Shown here piece by piece: positions 36,831 to 46,228 of a DNA stretch of 64,000 nucleotides. Source of the stretch: a virus; IMG/VR virus record IMGVR_UViG_3300030450_002194, positions 7,006 to 71,005 of that record. One strand, 5' to 3'. Below the pieces are notes generated by a model. It made no database searches and was not told where the DNA came from. It was given only the letters and a program-made list of their open reading frames with translations. Made by a program: the position numbers and the translations under genes. Positions within the stretch are counted from its first letter, which is position 1. Each line of letters starts with the position of its first letter.

Positions 36831-39227
36831 ATGTTAAAGGCTTGGAAAATTAGTAGCAAGGTTGGTTCTGAAGAAGACGCAGGAACTATGTGGGCTGACT
36901 TTTTAAAGACTCATGGATATAGTCCTGTTCAAGCATTTCCTCCTAATACTAAAGCGGGAACTTCTAGAATTGCAGGTGATGCTGAATTTCAAAGAAAGAG
37001 TTCAATTTTGAATCATCTATTTAAACCCACTTGGAAATCTCATACCTATTATGCTAAGACTAAAAAAGGCAATATTCCATTATATACAAAAACCAGAGGA
37101 ATAGTTGCAGGAACAGAATTACGGTTATGGAGTGGATTTCAAGGGATTAGAGATTTACTAGGTGATAAGATACCTGACCCGAAGGATGATAAAAAAACTA
37201 TTTCTAGAAGAAAAACTATGGATGTAGAATCTCCAACAAAAACAGCAATAGAAGCAATTGAAATTATAGATGAGGCAAAGAAAAAGAATCCAGAATTTAC
37301 TGGAAATAAACCTCCCACCAATTGGGCTAGTTTATTCGCGGGTGATGTTGATGCACAAGAAGAATGGCTAGAAGAAAATTATCCTGACTATCATAAATAT
37401 CTTGTGGAAACATTACACAAACCCACAAGTGCAGAATCAACATTAGATGAATTAGTTATGACTCCTGAAAAAGCAAGGCTTTTAAGAAAAATAGAGAGCA
37501 GTATTAAAAGAGACTTTCCTAAACTATCTGAAGAAATTTACAAAGAACATGTAGAATTAGATAATAATAAATGGATAATAGTTATATTTGCTAATAATAA
37601 CTTAAAACCCAGAGCAGAAGGATTAGGATTTGTAAATCTTTTTGCCAAAGATTATTTTCAAACACTACAAGATTCTGATGAAGTGTCAGATTATATGAAA
37701 AAAGCATTACAGCAATTACAAAGTGAAGAAGCAAAATTGACTGGGGCAGATAGCGAATACTTTATTAGAGCACCGCAGGGTAAGAAAATCAAACCCAAGG
37801 TCTCTAAATGGTTAAATAAATTAAAGAGAAGTGAAACAGTGTTTGATGACATAAAGAAAGAAAACAGCGATTGGTATGAATTACTAAAAGCCAAGAAAGA
37901 TGATGAGAAGGGTTCTTCTAAGAAACCTATAGACCCTGATAATGAGGGGAATATAAGAGACAGAAAAATACAAGATAAAGAACTTTGGTCTGGTGATTGG
38001 GAAAAAGATGAAAATATGAAGGTAGACCCTACTACTAATAGAAAGAGAACTGCCCCGGAGTCAGAAAAGGCAAGAGGTAGGACAGCAGAAAACACCACAT
38101 GTTGTATTATAATTAAAGAAGCCATAGCAGATTTTATTCAATTAAGTAAGCCTGCAATTATGAATGGATTTGGAAGACCAGGCATTAGGTCATTGATTGA
38201 TGAAAATTTACCTTGTATGGATATGGAGAGAGAGTGGAATCTTGAGAACGAAAGCCTTGGAGAAATAGTATTCAATTTTAATGGAATGGAAACATTAGAC
38301 GGGGATTATTTTGAAGGTGATGGTACTGTTGTAATTAACCCCTTAGAACCCGCACCATTTGATAAATATGCAGGACAATTAACATTACTTCCGAAACAGC
38401 GATGGCAAGCAGAAGATATAAGACAAGGTAGAGATGTACGCGGTTATGGAAGCCACGAACAAAATTATGGTGGGCCTCATTTAACCTTAGTACAACAATT
38501 TTTAAGGTGTGAAGAAGGTCAAATGTCAGAAGATGACAAAAAGCCTTTAAATTTAAGAACTGGTGATGAAGCAGATGTATTAGACGCATTTAGCGATAAA
38601 GGTTTAGATGAAATGACTCTTCGTAGGTTAAGAAAGAAAATTGCACAGATATGGGTTCAAAGATATGGTGGTAGAGATTCAACCCCCGCGATGATGAGAA
38701 GAGAAGAAGAAAAAATGAAAAGGGTATGGCCTCATGGACATGCTATTTATTTTAATAGACCTGGACAACAAAAGTTAGATAGTGGACAGGTTTCTCTTAG
38801 TGAAAAAACAGAAGAAGAGTTTACCCGTGAAAGAGTTGATGACTATTTAGATGAAATATTACGGTGGAAGAAATCAAAGAAAGACCATAGAGGTAGACTT
38901 GTTTCACCTAAAGTTGACAGAGACTATCTTCGACCGGAGGTAGCAACAGAACGTGGTATTCCTGACCCCAAGGGTTCTGGTAGAAAACCAGTAATTATTT
39001 GGGTTATGCTTGATACTGACGACCAGAAAGAACACGTTAATGAGTTAAAGGGTGAAATAGCACTAAACGGCTGGGCTGATAAAATTGAATGGAAGGAAGT
39101 AAAGGATGCAGATGACACTACTGTGAGTGAAATAAATAAACTTGGTGTGTTACCAGTATTACAACACGGCACACACTTTGTTTCTGGGAAAGTATTAGGG
39201 GCTTATTTGGAGGACTTATTTGGTTGA
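36831..39227 (+). CDS. large multidomain protein with C-terminal thioredoxin-like segment
   Basis: 798 aa; internal WYELLKA tag and CC..C..C domain; ends INKLGVLPVLQHGTHFVSG. Confidence 0.7.
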   Translation: MLKAWKISSKVGSEEDAGTMWADFLKTHGYSPVQAFPPNTKAGTSRIAGDAEFQRKSSILNHLFKPTWKSHTYYAKTKKGNIPLYTKTRGIVAGTELRLWSGFQGIRDLLGDKIPDPKDDKKTISRRKTMDVESPTKTAIEAIEIIDEAKKKNPEFTGNKPPTNWASLFAGDVDAQEEWLEENYPDYHKYLVETLHKPTSAESTLDELVMTPEKARLLRKIESSIKRDFPKLSEEIYKEHVELDNNKWIIVIFANNNLKPRAEGLGFVNLFAKDYFQTLQDSDEVSDYMKKALQQLQSEEAKLTGADSEYFIRAPQGKKIKPKVSKWLNKLKRSETVFDDIKKENSDWYELLKAKKDDEKGSSKKPIDPDNEGNIRDRKIQDKELWSGDWEKDENMKVDPTTNRKRTAPESEKARGRTAENTTCCIIIKEAIADFIQLSKPAIMNGFGRPGIRSLIDENLPCMDMEREWNLENESLGEIVFNFNGMETLDGDYFEGDGTVVINPLEPAPFDKYAGQLTLLPKQRWQAEDIRQGRDVRGYGSHEQNYGGPHLTLVQQFLRCEEGQMSEDDKKPLNLRTGDEADVLDAFSDKGLDEMTLRRLRKKIAQIWVQRYGGRDSTPAMMRREEEKMKRVWPHGHAIYFNRPGQQKLDSGQVSLSEKTEEEFTRERVDDYLDEILRWKKSKKDHRGRLVSPKVDRDYLRPEVATERGIPDPKGSGRKPVIIWVMLDTDDQKEHVNELKGEIALNGWADKIEWKEVKDADDTTVSEINKLGVLPVLQHGTHFVSGKVLGAYLEDLFG

Positions 39228-39228
39228 A

Positions 39229-39390
39229 ATGGGCTGGTTTGATTTCCTTAAAATTGCTACCGCAGTTACTACAGGTTCAACCTATGGTGGAGAATCAAAC
39301 GAAGCAACAGATGCACTATATAATTTAAAGTTTGGAGAAGGATTAGAAGAAGAAGAATGGGAGGATTGGATGCATGGTAAAGAAAGATAA
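39229..39390 (+). CDS. 53 aa tagged peptide
   Basis: hand-translated MGWFDFLKIA... Confidence 0.6.
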   Translation: MGWFDFLKIATAVTTGSTYGGESNEATDALYNLKFGEGLEEEEWEDWMHGKER

Positions 39391-40519
39391 GAAAAGAAAG
39401 GCATCAAAGCCTATTAAAGAAAAAGGTAATTCTGCCATCCAAGAATTTGATTATGGTAAGTTCCAAACTATGTTTGATAAGTGGAAGTCTGAATGTGCGG
39501 CTAGTGGTTCTAAGATAGGAATGGCATCTAGTGCATCTTTATTAGACTTAATAGAAAATCACGGTATTGCTGCTAGACCTTATACTAAAGATAAAGTGAG
39601 TAGAGATAAAGGCGCAGGCAGTATTGTAGAAATGTTAGACGAGTGGGATACTGATGCTGCTATTTTAGAAACTGTTGATATATTGGCTTTGGATAAGGTT
39701 ATGAAAAAGTTAGATGACATGAGAGATTCTGATACTGACCCTAGAAATATTAGATTTACTGTGCCTATCCCTGATGAGATAGATGATGATACTGGTAATT
39801 ATGATGATGAGGATGTAACAGAAGTATTTGGACATTATAGAACAGCAGATTATGTAGAATATAGAAACATATTAGCAGACATAACCGGGTCTAAAGTTAA
39901 TAAAGAAACAATCAGCGCAGTTAATCCAAAATGGTATGCTACAGGAAGTGATGGAAAGAACACAGCAAAGCCTCCAATGTGGCAAGCATTATTTGCAACA
40001 GGTGATGGTGACGTAGTTAAATACGGATTATATCATATTTGTCAAGAAGCCAAGAAATTAGTTAAAACGGCTAAGATTACTAACGTTAAATTAAAGATAG
40101 ACGATGATGGTGCTGGGTTATTGGCTGCTGATATTTATAAGATACCTGCTGTTAAGAAGTGGATTAATCAGGTTGTAGGTACTGCTACTTCTCCTGGCCC
40201 TGGAATAAATAGTAAAACATTACATTGGCAAGATAGACCAATGCATAGAGAAGCAACATCTCAACAGTTTCCAGTAGCAGGTTTAAAGCAAAGTGAATTT
40301 ATTAAGAGAGCCGCCAACTTTGATAAATATGTAGGAACACTAGAAACATTTAGTTTAGATATTACAAGGAGACAAGTTAGAAAACTAGCAACATTAACTG
40401 GTAATTGTAAGAAGTATGCTGGTAGAGATGTTGTGCACCACGTTAGTAAAGATTTGAAAAAGAAGAAGAAAAAGGAGGTAAAGAAGTCATGGACGGAAAT
40501 AATTGGTACGACATATTAA
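39374..40519 (+). CDS. hypothetical protein
   Basis: 381 aa; C-terminal KKSWTEII. Confidence 0.7.
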   Translation: MVKKDKKRKASKPIKEKGNSAIQEFDYGKFQTMFDKWKSECAASGSKIGMASSASLLDLIENHGIAARPYTKDKVSRDKGAGSIVEMLDEWDTDAAILETVDILALDKVMKKLDDMRDSDTDPRNIRFTVPIPDEIDDDTGNYDDEDVTEVFGHYRTADYVEYRNILADITGSKVNKETISAVNPKWYATGSDGKNTAKPPMWQALFATGDGDVVKYGLYHICQEAKKLVKTAKITNVKLKIDDDGAGLLAADIYKIPAVKKWINQVVGTATSPGPGINSKTLHWQDRPMHREATSQQFPVAGLKQSEFIKRAANFDKYVGTLETFSLDITRRQVRKLATLTGNCKKYAGRDVVHHVSKDLKKKKKKEVKKSWTEIIGTTY

Positions 40520-40842
40520 AGATAAGAAGAGAAGATTTGCACCGTAGTCCTACTAGAGTAGTAGGTGGACAAGTAATACGAAACATTACCCCACTTCCAA
40601 CACCAACTAAAGAACAAAAAGTAAAGTTAACTTATGAAAACTTTAAAAGAAGAAATACTCACTATTGGGATGAGGCAAGGGGTTTACCAGGAAATGGTGA
40701 AGTAGCCGCCTTAGATTCTATAGTTATGGAATATTTAAATGAGACAATCACTGATAAGCCCCCGACACCAGAAGAAAGAACTGCTTTATGGGAAGGGTTA
40801 AAGGATGTAGCAGAAGGACATATGGGAACACTATATAGGTGA
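40489..40842 (+). CDS. tagged hypothetical protein
   Basis: NNWYDILKI. Confidence 0.65.
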   Translation: MDGNNWYDILKIRREDLHRSPTRVVGGQVIRNITPLPTPTKEQKVKLTYENFKRRNTHYWDEARGLPGNGEVAALDSIVMEYLNETITDKPPTPEERTALWEGLKDVAEGHMGTLYR

Positions 40843-40846
40843 TAAA

Positions 40847-41503
40847 ATGGTTAAGAGAAAAAGATGTAAACTTTGTAATCACGAAGACCGTGATGATATA
40901 GAAGCAGCGTTAGAAACAATGGCTAGAAGGCCAGACGCTATAGATTTAGAATATGATTGGCCTAGTGGAACTACCGCTAAACATCAAAGAAATCACATGG
41001 GAGAATATTATGATGCATCTAATCCTAGATGTAAAATCTGTACACATGAGTTAAGGCCCCTTATTGAAGAACAACTAAGAGAAGGAGATGTGACCCCAGA
41101 TTTGATAGCAAGAATGGCTGATTGTTCAGAAGAGCAGGTTAAGCGGCACATGAGGAAACATTTGCAGCCGTTGGTTCAGAAGGCGGCGGCAAGCATTATA
41201 GCCGTGAAGGAAGTGGACGAGGTTGAGTCACTAACAAAGATTCTAGTACGATTAGAAGATAAGTTAGACTTGCTGTTTGACCAAGATGAAATACATCCAA
41301 AATACATTGATAGTTTAACTAAGTTAGCAAAAGAAGTAAGAGAAAGTCTTCGTTATCTATTAGAATTTAAGGGTAAGTTAGTACACAAGAGACAGGACAC
41401 AATTATAGTAGCACAAATGCAGATTGTTCAAGAAGTATTAGCACAAAATCATCCACAAGTTTGGCTCGATGTAAAAACTAAAATGGAGGAGAAAATGGCA
41501 TGA
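40847..41503 (+). CDS. duplicated Zn/HTH protein, possible terminase small subunit
   Basis: two CxxCxH...HxxxH repeats followed by helical region. Confidence 0.45.
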   Translation: MVKRKRCKLCNHEDRDDIEAALETMARRPDAIDLEYDWPSGTTAKHQRNHMGEYYDASNPRCKICTHELRPLIEEQLREGDVTPDLIARMADCSEEQVKRHMRKHLQPLVQKAAASIIAVKEVDEVESLTKILVRLEDKLDLLFDQDEIHPKYIDSLTKLAKEVRESLRYLLEFKGKLVHKRQDTIIVAQMQIVQEVLAQNHPQVWLDVKTKMEEKMA

Positions 41504-41664
41504 GTTGGGAAATTATAATTAAAGCAAGAAAACATTGCTCATGGTGTGGTAATCCTAAAGGTTGGAATGGTAAAAATTGCATTAGTTGTAATAGGGCAGA
41601 TGATGAAGAAATGGTAGAAACTCATACAGAAATGTCTGATGAAGAAAGGAGGAAGTTACAATGA
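41500..41664 (+). CDS. 54 aa tagged Zn-finger peptide
   Basis: hand-translated MSWEIIIKA...CSWC...CISC. Confidence 0.6.
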   Translation: MSWEIIIKARKHCSWCGNPKGWNGKNCISCNRADDEEMVETHTEMSDEERRKLQ

Positions 41665-42107
41665 GTTGGAAGAATATTTTAAAGAATGATGCAATACTAA
41701 AGATACAAAGAGCGACAGACCCTAATACTGGGATTGTCTATACCAAAGACCCTACTAAGACGGCAATGAAGGGTTTGACTACAGATGCTAAGATACTTCA
41801 TGCCGCAGGTCGAACTCCGGGTAGTAGTCTTATCTCTTATGATAATAGTGGATTTAGTCATACTAGTAGCGGGCATCAAGCCTATGGAGTATCACAAGGT
41901 TCTCAGACTAGGTGGTTTTGTTTATCATGCCATGTAGAATTTAGAATGCCTGATGATGCTGAAGATGAACAAAGACAAGCAGATAGGGATGAAGGAAGAG
42001 AAGTTCATCAAACTCCCCCTTACGGAATTGGTAGTCAAGGATTTAACATACAAGAGTATGGTAACACTCAAGCAGTTAATCAGAGAAGACAGGGGGGACA
42101 ACAATGA
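41661..42107 (+). CDS. tagged hypothetical protein
   Basis: MSWKNILKN. Confidence 0.7.
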   Translation: MSWKNILKNDAILKIQRATDPNTGIVYTKDPTKTAMKGLTTDAKILHAAGRTPGSSLISYDNSGFSHTSSGHQAYGVSQGSQTRWFCLSCHVEFRMPDDAEDEQRQADRDEGREVHQTPPYGIGSQGFNIQEYGNTQAVNQRRQGGQQ

Positions 42108-42385
42108 GTTGGTTTGATATAATTAAAGGAAGATGGATTTCTAGAAAAGAAAGAAATAGAATAGAGGATGCAATTACTTCTGTTGAAGGAGTAACAATTA
42201 AGGCTTTAACAATGACTAAAAAAATGCACATGAAATATTCTTTAACTTATCAAGGAGAACATGCACCTACTAATGCACCTGTAGATTTTACAATTATAAT
42301 AAGCACAAATTCTAGAGATGCTAGAATAAAGAGAGACATTAAATCTGCTTTAGAAAGAATGAATGTATTTATAGGAGAATGGTAA
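42104..42385 (+). CDS. tagged protein, weak HicA-like pattern
   Basis: MSWFDIIKG; KKMHMKY...ISTNSRDARI. Confidence 0.6.
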   Translation: MSWFDIIKGRWISRKERNRIEDAITSVEGVTIKALTMTKKMHMKYSLTYQGEHAPTNAPVDFTIIISTNSRDARIKRDIKSALERMNVFIGEW

Positions 42386-42386
42386 T

Positions 42387-42617
42387 ATGGTAGAATGGGA
42401 ATATTTAGTTAAGGCAGACCCAGGCAATGCTCCTATGTTTTCTCCTCCTATGGATGGCGATATATTTGAAGATGAAATAGATGAAATAGAAAAGAATGCT
42501 AAAGCATTGATGAGAATTGCTAAAATGTATGCTGGTCATGATAAATCAGACATAGATAATTTATATGATGAAATTCTAAATAGTTTAAATCAACTGTTAA
42601 CAATATATAACAAGTGA
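42387..42617 (+). CDS. tagged hypothetical protein
   Basis: MVEWEYLVKA. Confidence 0.6.
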   Translation: MVEWEYLVKADPGNAPMFSPPMDGDIFEDEIDEIEKNAKALMRIAKMYAGHDKSDIDNLYDEILNSLNQLLTIYNK

Positions 42618-42622
42618 TTATT

Positions 42623-42799
42623 ATGAGTTGGAAAAATCTCTTAAAAGAAGATAAAGGATTAGGAGACACTATTGAAAGAGTTACTACTGCAACTGGAATA
42701 AAGAAAGCCGTAGATTATGTATCAGAAAAGACAGGTAAAGACTGTGGGTGTTCAAAGCGCAAGGCAAAATTAAATGAGAGGTTTAGTTATGGAAATTAA
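42623..42799 (+). CDS. tagged small protein
   Basis: MSWKNLLKE; GLGDTIERVT...CGCSKRKAKLN. Confidence 0.7.
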   Translation: MSWKNLLKEDKGLGDTIERVTTATGIKKAVDYVSEKTGKDCGCSKRKAKLNERFSYGN

Positions 42800-43358
42800 A
42801 AAGAAGGATTATACTAGAGTTTATGATTTTATTCTTGCTGAGTTAGAGGCAGATGGCTATGGGGCAATGGTTGAATATTTAGAACAAAATCCTCCTAAGA
42901 AAACACAGGGAACTTTGTATAGTGTTGACATAGTAAATGCTTTGATAGCAGCAAAGAATGTTGCGGGACCACAACTGGGCGCATTAGATTTAGCAAATTT
43001 AGATTCTGTTAAAAATCATGGTAACTTACGTCAGATGCTTAATCATAAAGAAGAAGGCAAATGGTTTAGGACATTAAAGGCAATGGGTGGTTCAAAAACT
43101 GGTGCTAAACAGATTTCATTAGTTTGGACTAAAACCGATTTAGACACAGGTAATGAGCAAAACAATGAAGATGATGATGAATGTATATGTGATGCATGTG
43201 AAGAAGCATATCCTTTTTGGAAGAATCCAAATACAGTAGAGCAATTATGTGATTCTTGCTTTAAACAAGAAGTTAATGTATCGGGTGGAGACCACGGATT
43301 TCAACCTTGGGATTGTGAAAAAGATGAATACTATCAATATAGGGAGGATGTACCATGA
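42774..43358 (+). CDS. hypothetical protein with C-terminal Cys cluster
   Basis: internal WFRTLKA; CDAC...CDSC. Confidence 0.6.
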   Translation: MRGLVMEIKKKDYTRVYDFILAELEADGYGAMVEYLEQNPPKKTQGTLYSVDIVNALIAAKNVAGPQLGALDLANLDSVKNHGNLRQMLNHKEEGKWFRTLKAMGGSKTGAKQISLVWTKTDLDTGNEQNNEDDDECICDACEEAYPFWKNPNTVEQLCDSCFKQEVNVSGGDHGFQPWDCEKDEYYQYREDVP

Positions 43359-44266
43359 ACTGGTGGAATACGATAAGAAAACAAGAGATAAGAAAGACAC
43401 CTTATTATCGACAAGGTAATAAGTATTACTGGATGCAATTGGAAGATATTCCAGGATTAGCGAAAATGTTTACCAGAGGGAATTTCCCTGCTGAGAAGTT
43501 TATAAATAGAGGAATGAAAGCAAAGGCACATTTGTTAGATTCTAACAGGTGGTATCCTAGTATATCACAAAGAAAACACGCACTGCTTTTAGTGAATATA
43601 TTAAATACGGAAACAGGAGAAAGAGAGTTTCCTTGGGCTGTAGGTAAAATAGAAACTGAACACAGCAGGGCTACACAAAGAGAGAAAAATCTTGCTGCTG
43701 GTGATACTCCGTTTGATTTGCATCCAAAAGATATTGGTGTGGCGGTTATTTTGCAGGATGCTAATGCCGGTAAAGGTAGTAATAACTTTAAGTGTATTAT
43801 AAATCTATACGTACCAAAAGACAATGAGTTATGGGAACAAATACAATCTACGGTTACACTTGGAAGTGTACCAGAAGATTATGATTTAACTAATGGGGCA
43901 GCAGCAGCATTATTAATTATGACCCAAATGATTCTAAAAAGAGGCAAGAATCCGGTTTACAAGGAACAACAAGCAGCCTTTGAAGAATTTGGCATTGGGC
44001 CATTAAGTAGAGATACTGAAAGCAAATACATAAAGGAGTTAGTAGATAAAGGATTATTCCGAAGAGAATTTCAACACGGCTCTCCAAGTATGAGAGGATA
44101 CCCTCAACCAACTAATAAGGGACACGGTGTCAGTAATAGGTTTGAAATGAAACATGGAGATTTCTTTGGTTCATTCAAAGCAGAAGTTAGGGCTAACCCC
44201 GATAAAAAGTTCAAGATACAGCAGTTTGGCGGCGGGGCGAGCGACTTTGAGAGTGAGTTTGCTTGA
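43355..44266 (+). CDS. tagged hypothetical protein
   Basis: MNWWNTIRK. Confidence 0.7.
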   Translation: MNWWNTIRKQEIRKTPYYRQGNKYYWMQLEDIPGLAKMFTRGNFPAEKFINRGMKAKAHLLDSNRWYPSISQRKHALLLVNILNTETGEREFPWAVGKIETEHSRATQREKNLAAGDTPFDLHPKDIGVAVILQDANAGKGSNNFKCIINLYVPKDNELWEQIQSTVTLGSVPEDYDLTNGAAAALLIMTQMILKRGKNPVYKEQQAAFEEFGIGPLSRDTESKYIKELVDKGLFRREFQHGSPSMRGYPQPTNKGHGVSNRFEMKHGDFFGSFKAEVRANPDKKFKIQQFGGGASDFESEFA

Positions 44267-44275
44267 TGTGGTTAA

Positions 44276-46228
44276 ATGAGTTGGGCTGAATTATTGAAAG
44301 CATTACCAGACCCTGTTTCATTACCTGGGTTTTTGCTCAATGATGAGGGTCTAACTCATTTAATCACTCAAGCAAAGGGTGAAGATAAGAAAAACATTCT
44401 TAGCACTAGAAAAAAAGCACAAGAATTAGAATCTGGAAAGGGTATTCCAGAGGGTTTAGATGCGAAGGCTGTTCAAGCCAACGCAGAGAAACTTGTTGTT
44501 AAATTAAGTGAAATAATTACTGATTCTAATAAGAAATCTCAAGACTCTTTGGAGAGCAACCTACAGAAGATTATTGAAGAAAAAGATAAACAGGGCCTTA
44601 TGGAATTTGTTACTAAAACCCCAGTTAGAAAATGGACTAATAAAATACGAGATAAAAAGAAGAAATTATTAACAGATAATAAGAAAGCAATTTTAGAATT
44701 TATTGAACTTGATGATACTGATTTATTTTATTTTGATACTTCAGAATTTTCAATAAGTTCTACTAAACCTACGGGAGATTCAGATTGGCATTCTAAAATC
44801 GAAGAATTAAAAACTCAATTAGATGATACTGATGTTACTATTACTGGAGGAGATACTGTTACTATTCAATTTCCAGAGATAACTTCTTGGCCTGATATGA
44901 AAAATGTTTTAGATGTTGCACAAATTAGAATTGCAGGTAAAGGGAAGTCGAAGGCCTCAACTGCTGAAGATATATTATTATTTGAGAAAAAAGGAAAGTT
45001 TACAAAGTCTCCATTATTAGAGTTATATATCAAGGGAGATGCACCCAAGAATGTTCAGGATAAAGTTAAAGATGCAGATATCAAAAATTACACTAATACT
45101 GTAACTGATTCTAAAGATGCCTTAAGTTATTTAAAGTGTGTTTCTTACAAGGGTCTAAGAAAAGATATAATGTTTATGCCAGTTCCTTTAATTCAGGGTG
45201 GTTCTAAGAAAGTTACTAGAGATGCTAAGATTCAATTATTAGGGTCCGAATTAAGACCAGCAGTATCAGCATCATTAGCAGGTCTTTTAAAGGCATCAAC
45301 ATTTGACTTATCAAACTTAGTAAAAGAAGGAATGGTAGAAAGTGAAACTAAATATGTGTCTCCTAGACTAAGAACTATTTTAGAATCTGATGAAGATGTT
45401 GCTGTTGGTGGTTTAACTGCTGAACAAATTAGCACATTAAAAATTAAGTTTAAAAAGACAAAAGAAATGCCTCTTTTTATTAGCAGATTAAAGGGAACTG
45501 ATAAATCTATCTTTAATAGATTGAATGATGAATTAATAGGCAAGAAGCCTAACTTGTTCAATGAGAAAGAAAAGGAATTGTTTGAATCTCTTAAGGATAC
45601 AAATCCAATAACAATTAAGAAGAAAATGAATAGTTTTTATAAAACAGATATAGATACTAGAACCGCCAGATTAATAGGTCAAGCAGTTAGCAAAGGTGAC
45701 CCATTTACTAAGGTAGAAGGTGGCTATAAGTTTGACCATAGGAAAATACCTATGGAGTTTGATGACTTAAAGGATTTAGTATATGAATTAAAAACCCTTA
45801 GACAAACTTTACAATCTTCTGAAGAACAAGAGGATAAAGAAAAGATTACTCTTAATTTAGAAGATAGTTTAAAAACTTATACTAAGGGTTTTACTGTTAA
45901 TCAATCTGGTTCCGCAAATCCAGCAGACATGTTACATTTCTTATATATCTTAGATTTATACTATGGTAGAACAAACTTTAAATCGGTTGCTAGAAAGTTT
46001 AAAAGAGGACAGGTAGAACCACAAGAAGTAATAAAGTCGGCTGAGACTAATTTTTCTAAAATCATTGAGGCATTTGTTGGACAAGTAAAAGCAAAGATTG
46101 ATGATATTTTAGAAGATAAAGAAAAGTATCAAAGAGCATTAACTATTGATAAAGATAGTAAAGCCTATAAATTATTTAAGACTTTAGAAGAAAAAGAACT
46201 GATTAAATCTACGGAGGCCACAGAATGA
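44276..46228 (+). CDS. large tagged protein, possible internal virion protein
   Basis: 650 aa, MSWAELLKA. Confidence 0.7.
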   Translation: MSWAELLKALPDPVSLPGFLLNDEGLTHLITQAKGEDKKNILSTRKKAQELESGKGIPEGLDAKAVQANAEKLVVKLSEIITDSNKKSQDSLESNLQKIIEEKDKQGLMEFVTKTPVRKWTNKIRDKKKKLLTDNKKAILEFIELDDTDLFYFDTSEFSISSTKPTGDSDWHSKIEELKTQLDDTDVTITGGDTVTIQFPEITSWPDMKNVLDVAQIRIAGKGKSKASTAEDILLFEKKGKFTKSPLLELYIKGDAPKNVQDKVKDADIKNYTNTVTDSKDALSYLKCVSYKGLRKDIMFMPVPLIQGGSKKVTRDAKIQLLGSELRPAVSASLAGLLKASTFDLSNLVKEGMVESETKYVSPRLRTILESDEDVAVGGLTAEQISTLKIKFKKTKEMPLFISRLKGTDKSIFNRLNDELIGKKPNLFNEKEKELFESLKDTNPITIKKKMNSFYKTDIDTRTARLIGQAVSKGDPFTKVEGGYKFDHRKIPMEFDDLKDLVYELKTLRQTLQSSEEQEDKEKITLNLEDSLKTYTKGFTVNQSGSANPADMLHFLYILDLYYGRTNFKSVARKFKRGQVEPQEVIKSAETNFSKIIEAFVGQVKAKIDDILEDKEKYQRALTIDKDSKAYKLFKTLEEKELIKSTEATE